Made by a program: the position numbers and the translations under genes. The notes under the pieces are model-generated. The model saw nothing but the letters and a program-made list of their open reading frames with translations, ran no database searches and had not been told where the DNA came from. From contig NEEC01000015.1 of the NCBI GenBank assembly GCA_002189035.1, forward strand, positions 1,550,001-1,614,000: DNA of 64,000 nt, read 5' to 3'. Shown piece after piece: positions 12,801 through 22,800 of the stretch. The stretch's first letter is position 1, and each line of letters opens with the position of its first letter. Source of the stretch: Utricularia gibba. Its lineage: Eukaryota > Plantae > Magnoliophyta.

Positions 12801-13807
12801 ACAGTAGATGAACAAGAGGACTAATCTACAGACTAAAGGCAACGGTCATATTTTAGGCCTGATATGATCCAACGGGCAACTCTCCTCATCTATATAAATC
12901 CCTGTTTGCTTTATGAAAAATAGAAATAAAGTTCTTTTCGATCCAAAAACAATAGTCAATATCCACAAACTTCAACATTATCTCAACGTTAAACCAAGTC
13001 TCCAACAAAATCAAGCAAGCAGCCAAAAATACTTTTAGCTTCAAAGTAGAATGTCAAGGAACTTATGCAAGGTTATCAGTGCTTGCTCTAACAAGGACTT
13101 CAAAGCACTTGTCCTGGAGTACATGCCAAACGGGAGCCTTGATAAATGGTTATACGGCGAGAATCAGTTCTTGACAATGAAGCAAAGATTCTCTCTGATG
13201 ATCGACGTTGCATCTGCGCTGGAGTATCTCCATCATGGTTCTGCTACCCCCATTGCACACTGTGATCTAAAACCAAGTAACATACTTTTGGATGAGAACA
13301 TGATCGCCCGTTTGAGCGACTTCGGAATTGCGAAGCTGCTACAGAAGGCGGATGGCAGCTTCGTACAGACTTCCACTTTTGGGACGTTGGGCTACATCGC
13401 ACCAGGTAAACATCTCCAATCTTCCTACATCAGTGAACTCTCTGTCTGACAGCAACTCTTACCATACAGAATATGGGTCCGGGGGCTTCGTTTCAACACG
13501 ATGCGATGTGTTCAGCTTCGGGATAGTGCTCATGGAGGTGTTTACTGCTAAAAAACCCAACGACCTCGAATTCACCGGAGATTCAACGTTGAGGGATTTG
13601 GTAAGACAATGCGTCTCCGATGGAAAGACAGACACGGCGGCGGATTCCAGATTGTTGAATCATGAAGATGAGAATCTGAATGTGAAACTAGACTGCTTAT
13701 CGTCGGTGTTGGAGCTGGCCCTCAAGTGCTCCATGGAGAACCCGTACGCGAGAATGAGGATGAACGATGTAATTGCTGCGTTGAAGAGGATTTCGCATGA
13801 GCTATGA
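9895..13807 (+). pseudogene. LRR receptor-like kinase, subfamily XII (At3g47570/EFR/Xa21-like, non-RD); kinase domain disrupted
   Basis: Signal peptide from ATG 9895, LRRNT (CGWTRVTC), many plant LRRs, intron 10897-10967, TM (VVLMIVLSILSVLGVVFACFLVY), kinase IGSGAFGRVYKG...FAIKVF, then HCDLKPSNILL, DFG and GTLGYIAP|EYG across intron 13406-13469, stop 13807. A 452-bp insertion at 12586 and a small deletion at ~13055 break kinase subdomain III. Two further G-run frameshifts at 10170 and 11137. Confidence 0.85.
12586..13037. mobile_element. 452-bp insertion with 5-bp target-site duplication, solo-LTR-like
   Basis: GCTTC at 12581-12585 is repeated at 13038-13042 (AGCTTC if read as 6 bp). Removing the insert restores ...ASRSF-KVEC. 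The insert begins TG(TCA), contains CTATATAAAT at 12890 and GGCCCA/GCCCA motifs, and ends TA rather than the canonical CA. Confidence 0.65.
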
Positions 13808-14434
13808 CGTGGGGCTACGCAATAAAAGCTGTATTTTCATATTTCGTTTTAAAACAAAAGATGTATAGATATAATTTTTATAAAGTAATCTCATTCATAT
13901 TTACTCAAATAAATTAAAATTTTACATTAAAGAAAAGTCATGTTGGCTATAAATTTTCAAAAAGAATATATCAAAAAATGCCTCTTATAAAATTTTTTTC
14001 AAAATAAAAAATATTTATAGATTGTAAATTTATTAAAATAAAAATTTACATTTTCATTAATATCATCTTCCCCATCCTGGTTGTCTGATGGTTGCCGACG
14101 CTGCCCTCGCAATTCCCAGTTGCTGTCGTCGCCAATTCAGACAAGAGGCCAGTTGCCGGGGTTAGTTGTTTTTTTTGGGCATTTTTGCTTTGGTTGTTGA
14201 ATGCGGTTGTTGATTGATATTGTGGGAGCAAGTGCATATATAATAATCAAGTACATAATAAATATAAATTATAATAAAAAAATTAAGTTTAATTGATTAT
14301 TTATAATTTATAATTTATAATTTCTTATATACTTGATTATTTTATTTGTATTTTAAAATGTGAGATTATGTATTATACTATACTAATCAGATATGGATGC
14401 AAATAGAGAGTAGATATGTATAAGGGTTGAGTAA

Positions 14435-16008
14435 CTAGGAAGAGAGCGGGTCCTCCTGGTTCATGGTCTCTTGAGAAGCTTCTTCCAGGGACTTGCCCTT
14501 GGGTTCCGGCAACAAGAAAGTGAATAAGAACCCAAGTGCGCTGACAACGGCGAGAGCTTTGAGCGCTTTTCTAGCTCCCATCCGCGGCGAGTACCCATTA
14601 TCCTCCGGGCTCTTCGCCGCATAGAGGAACCCGTAAGCGCCGACAATGGCCCCGCTTTCCCGGCGGCGGCGGATATCCCGTGGCAAGTGGATCTCAATCG
14701 GGCGGGGAAGATCTCCGCGGGTACCACGAAGGTCGTCGTGTTCGGTCCGAAATTTGAGAAGAAGAATGTGAAGGCGTACAACACCACGAACCCGATCCTG
14801 TTCTCTGGCATCTTCCAGTGGTGGTACGGGATCGAAATCGCCAACAGGAAAACCGTCATGAAGAAGAAACCCGTCAATTGGATTGCGGATCTCCCGATTA
14901 CGTCGATTAGCGCCACCGTGAACCAGTACCCGGGGACGGTGCTGCAGAGGGCAATTAGGGTTTGAACTTTTGCGATGATGTAGACTTCTTCGATCGCGTT
15001 CATCATCTTTGGGTCTGGGATCCATCCGGTCGAGGACAAGATGTCTTTTTGGAAGAGATTGTTACTGTAAAAGATGATGTCGATCAGGAACCACGTGGAG
15101 CAAGTTCCCAGTAGATGTAAACAATGGCGTCTCAGGAACTCCCTCGAAAACAATCCAAAATTGTTGGATTCCTGGTTTACGATTCTCTCCAGCTTATTCG
15201 GTTCCGCATCCAGTTCCATATTCAATACCCTCGCCATATCCTCGGCGGCCTGTTTCGCGTTCTTGGCGACCAACGCCGTGTACCGTGCGGTTTCCGGCAT
15301 CTTCATCCGCCTGTGGTATGTATACAACGCCGGAACCGCGCCGAACATCAAAATTATCCGCCATACGTAATCCGCCTCCGGCACTGTTGACGCCTGCGCG
15401 TCCTGACTGTACGCCGGAGCTTTGTACCAGTTCTTGAAACTAACCGATACGATCAAAGAGATTATCCCGGCGAACAAAATCCCAAACCCCTGCATCGCGA
15501 AAACCGCAGAGATAAACGCTCCCCGGGTCCTCTTATTGGCGTATTCCGACATAATCGTGGCGGAGAGAGGGTAATCGCCGCCGATCCCGAAACCCAACCA
15601 GAAGCGGAAGAAGCAGAGCGTCGCCAAGACACCTCTGGCGCGGTGCCCAAAGGAGAGCCCCGAAGCTATGGAGCAGACGACCATAAGCAAGAGAGTTATC
15701 CCGTAAACTTTTTTCCGGCCAAGCTTGTCCCCAAGCCAGCCAAAGAAGAGCTGCCCACAAAGAGTTCCGGCAAGCGCCACAGCGTTGACGGAGTAGTATA
15801 CGCGAGGCGGAAGGGTTCCTGGCTCCCCCTGCATGGGATCCGTGTAATATATACGGCCGAGAAGACGCGTAACAATGGAGATGCTGAAGAGATCGTAGGC
15901 GTCGGTGAAGAAGCCCATTCCGGTGATTACGATCATCGTGACATGATAAAGTTGCTCCTTGGCGGTATCAAGCGCATCCAGCACTGGCAGTCTCTCGCGA
16001 CCGGCCAT
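14435..16008 (-). CDS. PHT1: PHT1-family phosphate transporter, copy B (divergent paralogue; one apparent 1-nt frameshift at 14650-14653)
   Basis: Co-linear with copy A, including the flanks (CCATGGCGGTTG start context, AACTAGG after the stop). [13 protein letters not shown] is intact. The C-terminus [11 protein letters not shown]...[24 protein letters not shown] lies in the adjacent frame ending at 14435. Confidence 0.9.
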
Positions 16009-16208
16009 GGCGGTTGTTAGCTGCCGGAAGAAGCAAGTCTTAAGCTGCTGTAGCGTGCATTACGCGGAGATTAGAGATTAAAGAAACAAGAGTTGTTGAG
16101 GAAAGCTTCCTGCTCCCTGGGGAGGTGATGAGCATCTAACACCATGTATATATATATATACATGAATTAATACTCATTGCATGCCAAAAACATGATATTA
16201 TATATTTC

Positions 16209-16396
16209 GAATATTCAATTGTCAACATTTTACGTTTTTTCGTTTTCTAATATATTATGACTAGATCCACCGCCTTACACTTCCAATCTTACATTCAAGG
16301 CATTTGTTTACTATTTTCAGAGGTCAAGGTCAATATTTGTATTACTGTTTCCTCCCTTCAACAATTAAATATGTATTCACTTTATCAAGAATATGC
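16209..16396. promoter_or_regulatory. Two P1BS-like sites (GAATATTC 16209-16216; GAATATGC 16389-16396) upstream of PHT1-B
   Basis: Both match GNATATNC, ~200 and ~380 bp upstream of the PHT1-B ATG. P1BS is established in PHT1 promoters. Confidence 0.5.
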
Positions 16397-17932
16397 TTTT
16401 AATATCATGCCCAACAAAAGTAGATACTCCCAATTTCACATTAGTTAAGGATTAAAAAAGAGGAATAGATTAATTAAAATAATCACATAAACCTTTTTGT
16501 AAGCATATGAGACGGTTTTTTGTTAGAGAAACTCCATGATAAAAATAGAATGTAAAAATATAAAAATTTAATGTTTAAAATATATAATATCACATTAAAT
16601 AATTGTAGTTTTGGGGGCTAGATGTCATTTATGAAAAATATTGGTGAGAAATTATAATAAAAATAAGAAAACGTAATCAGATCATCACCATACGCACATT
16701 CAACGGTCCACTCCACAACACATCCTACAACGTTATTGCACTAGTTTTATCTTAATTTTATACTTTTATTTAATAATTTTAAATTATTAACCGATATTTG
16801 ACTATTAATAAAAAAAAGATCACCGACTAGGACTTGGTACTCAAAAATAATAATAATAAAGAATTGATAAATAATCCACTCTATTTTTATATTATAATGA
16901 AAAAGGAGACTGAAATCATATATGGACCCGAATTCAGTAAAATAGGTCTTACATTAAAATGATCCTTTGAGAGAAATATGCCTAATGACAGTCCGTTCTC
17001 TAAGTAGGTTCACCCATAACCGCCTATACGAGAAAAGAACCTGTGTTTTAGAACCTATGGTGGATGATTAAATATATTATTTTATGTTTTCAGTTTTCAA
17101 AATACATCTTTTAGATTAAATTTAGAAAAATATATTATTTATGTGTTTCTTTTGAATTTTAAATAATATGTAGAAAATGTATTTTATAAATCGAAAATAC
17201 AAAATGATGTATTTTATCAATTCAATATACAATATGTATTTTGTAAATCGAAAATATAAAATGATATATTTCACGAATTTTATGTATAAATATTTGGTGT
17301 AATCTTGAAAACTTCTTTATCATTGCAATATTTATATATCCAAAACGTCATACAATATGGCTTGCATTCCGAAGGAGTGAATCAAGAATCCTATTTCCAC
17401 AGCTGCGATGTCAACATGGACAGACGCGAGTTGAGGTTTCTCTCATGGAGGAGTATGACCCGAGTCTTGTTGCCATTCTCATGTCGCCGGGGTGCAGCCT
17501 GAGGATGAGCCCACCAGATATTCAATACGGATGCCTCGACTCACCATCTCAAACTTTTCCTAAGAAACAAAATCCATTTGACTGCTCACAAGAAGAACAG
17601 GTTCTTGTACAAATTTGAAACCTAAATTCTAAATCATTATACAAAAGCCACTTTTTTTGTTTTGTCTGTTGAGATTAAGTATTGGTTGTTCTAATATTGT
17701 CTAATTCAATTTCATTTTTTCCTATCGTTTTGACAGTTTTGTTGCAAAATGAAAAATTGTAATATGGATTTTGGAAATCATGCTTCCATGTGTTGCATTT
17801 TGCTATGTCGTACTGCCGTGTTTTATGACGTGAAAAAAGCTGTTAGGTGAGCGTAACGTGGAGATGGCGGTAGGTGGCTCCTTGTTATATACTCTCAACG
17901 GAGGGGGAGTTCGCTCAAGTTTCATCAACAGG

Positions 17933-19377
17933 ATGATGATGATGACGATGACGATGAACACTGCCATCTTGTTGTTGTTGTTGTTGTTGGTTGCTTCTGC
18001 TTCGGCGCAGATGGCCAAGTGCCCATTCACGTATGTTTTTCACTTCGGGGATGGTGTCACGGACGTCGGCAACTCCATTCGCATTCCGCCGTGGGGTCCT
18101 AATCTTCCCGCAGCCAAGCTTCCCTACGGGATCACCTATCCCGGTTATCCTACCGGTCGTTGGAGCGACGGCCTTATCGACTTCGACTACGCCGGTAAGT
18201 TTTCTCCCGGCAATGCATTCAGGTGGAATGACTGAGACTCCATATTTCGAACTTGCAGCTGCTGACACCGGCTACCCAGTTGTCACACCCTACTTGTCGG
18301 GGAACGCTTCAAAGAACACCGCCATCATCTTCTCCGTTGCAAGGAGTCCCGTTCTTGACCACGATTTTTTCGAGAAGAGATGCATCAGCGTGCCCCCTCA
18401 TGCTGTCCCTGTTAGGGAACAAGCACGCTGGTTCAAACAGTATCTCAGAGAAGTTGCTCCGACCCCACGAGGTTTAGAATCACTCTTCGTTCTCACTTCT
18501 TAACCTACGACTAGTCACACAGTTCCTTCTCCCTGCCAGAGCGAAGTGAAAGGCTCAGTGATGGCATCGTCTTCTTCGGGGATATCGAAGCCAACGACAT
18601 CGCGTATGCATTGATCTCTGGTAAATCCCTAGAAGAAGCCCGAACCTACGTGCCCCACATCATCGAAGCCGAGCTCAGCTAGGGTTAGCAGTGCAGCTAT
18701 ACACTCCCATCACCATTAGAATCCAAACAAAGTGTGAAAAGTTTTGAGCTTTTGTGGTGCAGGAGCTGATCCTTATGGGCGCCAAGACGTTCGTGATTCC
18801 GGGAAGCTCATACATCGGATGCTACCCACATATTCTGACCGCCTTGCAGAGCAGCAACCCAGATGATTACGACAGATATGGGTGCTTGAAGAAGGTGAAC
18901 GAATTCATTGATTGGAAGAATGATCAACTCAATGCATCCATTGTGGCTCTTCACGCTGAGTTCCCAGACACATTGTTGCTGTATAGCCCATTTGCATCAG
19001 GCTTCCAAGGGTATCTGCAGCAGTACGTCGGTAAGTAGATCCTGCAGTTCAGTACTTGGAGTGAATTCGCAAATGAGTTTACCCGATTTCTTTTGTGTCG
19101 TGTTGGTTTAGCTCCAAACGGCCCTGTGAGACTCAGAGCGTGCTGTGGGAGTGGAGGGCAGTACAACTATGATGCGAAGAGGGTGTGTGGGCACCGGAGC
19201 GCCAGGGTTTGCCGGAACCCGAAGCAGCATCTGTTCTGGGACGGGCAGCACTTCACTCAGGAGGCGTATAATCTCATTGAGAAGACTATGATTACTCCTT
19301 CTTTCGACATTTTCAATTGCACCATTCTGAATCGCGCTGCCGCCGGAATCATACGCCCCGGTGTCGCCGTCGTCTGA
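17933..19377 (+). CDS. Secreted GDSL/SGNH esterase-lipase-fold protein (acetylajmalan-esterase-like); catalytic Ser absent, in-frame TAG at 18680, possible pseudogene
   Basis: Five-exon GDSL layout: 17933-18194, 18259-18471, 18540-~18683, 18763-19030, 19112-19377. Signal peptide; block I FHFGDGVTDVGNS; PYGITYPGYPTGRWSDG; block III DIEAND; IGCYP; ACCGSGGQYNY; block V WDGQHFT. Confidence 0.8.
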
Positions 19378-19843
19378 AGCGGCGGCGGAGGGAAGAAGCT
19401 GTGCGGTGTGTGAGTTGTGCGTCTTGAATAATAATTGTCACTGGAGTACATCGTACTCCTCGTCGCATCGCTCAAGTGCAATAATTGAAGTTGGTTTCTG
19501 GTGTTTCTTTCTTTTTAAATATGTTTTATTTCTAAATTTAAATAATACCCATATTCTTCACATTTTCAAATAAAACTAGACATATTATTCACATGTCAAA
19601 ATTACATTTATCAAATAAACGCAATTTTTAATATATGGGTATTTAAAAGCATTAAAAATATTATGTTTTAAAATAAATGCCATTTTTCGTCCTTGAATTT
19701 ATTTATTTAAATAAATAAGTGTTTCCTCATCCACCCCGGTGGTGAACCAGCACGAATCACTTGTCCTGGGGGAGTGCGCAGCGCGCGGTTCCAAGATTTG
19801 AAGGTGTTCGTTGGAGGACACGCAACAGCAGCTAGAATCGCCG

Positions 19844-22800
19844 ATGAGTAGCCTTTCCTTCTTTCAGCATCATTCTTTTCGATTGAATCCTCCAGCGACG
19901 ATTAGGACTCCCTGCTACAGCTCTGTGTTTCTCTTGCCCGCCACCGCTCACAATTACAAATGCTTCGCCCAACAGCAATCTGGCCGCGACCCAAATCCTC
20001 AGAACCAGCGCCAAAAGTCTCAGAAACTCGATGCTAATACTAAGGACGGTATAGACCCGGTTGGTTTTCTTCCGAAGTACGGTATCACGGATAAAGCCTT
20101 CGCCTTTTTTCTCCGGGAAAGGTATTTCGACGTGTTTAGATGATGACTCATTCGTATCTTTACTTCCGCTTCTGAGGCTGGAACTACGTTACAGATATAA
20201 GGCATTGAAGGATTTGAGGGAGGCACTTTTCAATCGTGGCCTACTTGCCCCGGAGTTGGCATGTGGGTTAGTACTTTGTAGTTTGCGACGCTCATCTCAA
20301 CTGCGATTGTTTACATTTTTGTCTGCATAATGAGGTTCTGCAGCATATTTAGTGGCAAACTCTGTTATATGTATCTTATGCTTTTTTTTTCAGATTCGAA
20401 ACGATGGGAATGCATCGTAATGTACAACATCGCGTTGATTATCTTGAATGGGCTCCAGGTATGGATTACTATCTGCCATCTTGGACCCATCATCCATAAA
20501 TACTTCAGAGTGAAGACATTTGTAAACGGATTCAAGGGGCTGAACTCTTTATGGAGTGAGAATGATTGCATATAGGGGAAAGGAATGGTGTTTTCAAACT
20601 TCAAGATGCTATTACATTGAGTCTTACGACCAGTTGCTAATCATGAATCTTGTGGATATCGTCTCTATTTGTGTATGATAGTTATGCTTGCTCCTTGCCT
20701 TTTCTTGTAGTCAAGATAGAACAAATCCCTATTATTACATTATTCTTGAATGTGGTAACTATCTCAGCATGAAAATCCACTTGCGCTCTTTTGATTTCCA
20801 GTCTGTTTCTGCAATGGCAGGTGCTCGCTATTGCTCACTTGTGGGAGATTTTAACGGATGGTCGCCAACTGCGAATTCTGCAAGAGAAGGGCATCTTGGT
20901 CACGATGACTATGGCTATTGGTTCATAATTATTGAAGACAAATTGAGGGATGGTGAAGAACCAGATGAAGTTTACTTTCAGCAGTACAATTATATTGATG
21001 ACTATGATAAGGGTGATAGTGGAATTACAGTTGAAGAAGCTTTTAGGAAAGCAAATGAGGAGTACTGGGAGCCTGGTGAAGATCGGTTTATAAAGTCTAG
21101 ATATGAGCTTGCATCTAAATTGTACGAGCAAATTTTCGGCCCTAATGGTCCTCAAACAGATGAGGAGCTTGAAGAAATACCAGAACCAGAGGTCAGATAC
21201 AAGGCCTGGAAAGAGCAACAACAGAATAATCCTCCAAGCACACCAAGTTATGATGTGATTGTTAATGATGGCGATGATGATGGTGGTGATGATTTCTATT
21301 TTAATGTTGCAACTGATCCTGCTTGGAGGGAGAAGATACGTACCAAAAAGCCACCTCTTGCGTACTGGTTGGAGACTAGAAAGGGAAGGAAGGCGTGGCT
21401 TAAGAAATACTCTCCTGGGATCCCCCATGGAAGCAAATACAGGGTCTACTTCAATACCCCGGATGGACCTTTGGAAAGAGTACCTGCCTGGGCTACATAT
21501 GTGATTCCTGGTCTGTGAGAGTAAACTTGTTTTTTCGTTTGTGTTTCTGTAGAATAATTTCAAGAAGAGCCTCTAATTTATTTAGGTTGATGCCTTTTGA
21601 GTGTAGTTTGATATAAATAGGGTTGTAAAGATGTGAGCTGTTTTTGCAGGATGCTTGTGTTCGTGTATTCTAATTTTGCAGCTGGTCTGGGCTTTGCGTT
21701 TTCTGGGCATAGCATCCTACTTTTCAGTTCAATTGATAAATTTAGTTTACCTTTTCCATTTCAATGATACTGCAGCATATATGAAATAGGTAGTGACTTC
21801 CTGTTTGATACTCCCCCATTATGTTTGGTGTCAATAGTCATTTTTTGCTATCGTTCAATATGCTCTTCATTTGAACTCGTTTTATATACCAGGAATGCCT
21901 GGTACTCAGTCTTTTGCAGTTCACTGGGAGCCCCCTCCTGAGAGTGCTTACAGGTGGAGACATAACAGCCCTTCAAAACCCAAGTCTTTGCGCATATATG
22001 AATGCCATGTTGGGATAAGTGGAAAGTCCCCTAGAATTGCTACCTTTAACGAGTTTACTGATTCGGTAACTCTTTTCACTCCTTTTAATTAATTTGTTTG
22101 CTCATTATAATGATATTTTCTATTTTTTCTGCTGTGCTGACTACAATCTAATATGTGCTGTTGCGATCTCATTGCCATATAGGTTCTACTTCATGTAAAG
22201 GAAGCTGGATACAATGCTATCCAGTTAATTGGAGTAGTGGAGCACAAGGATTACTTTACCATTGGTTATAGAGTACGTGTTATCATAGATAGAGTATCGT
22301 TGAATGCTTTCTGGTTATCATAATAACATGCACACAAACAAGACAATGATATATTTTGTAGTTAATTTGTGGTTATGTGCAAGGTGGTGTTTGCTTATGC
22401 TGCTAGTGGTTATCCTCGTCGTATTGGTGTTTTTTCAATTAAACTTTGAAAGTGAAATTTGGACAAGAATATTAGCTATCTTATCAAATATTGGCTTATA
22501 ATCCTGATTTGGCGTGCTACTGTGCCTTTTCCTTTGATACCAGAACATTCAATGCCCGGCTTTTGTATTGTGGTGTAGGTAACAAATTTCTTTGCTGTCA
22601 GCAGCCGCTTTGGTACCCCTGATGATTTCAAGCGATTAGTGGATGTTGCACATGGTTTGTTAAAACTTTTTATTCTGCTGCTTCTTAAAGCCACTCAAGC
22701 ACTTGAAAGTTGCATCAATAAAATGCCATCACTTTGGGGGCATCCGACAAAATAAGAGTATGGAGAGGATTAACAGTTCACTTCACAGGCGTGAAATATA

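Noticed and set aside
7297-16008. Horizontal transfer of the PHT1 genes suggested by higher GC
   Set aside because: Other intronless or short genes here (RLK S.2, GDSL, THIM exon 1) are similarly GC-rich. There is no phylogenetic evidence.
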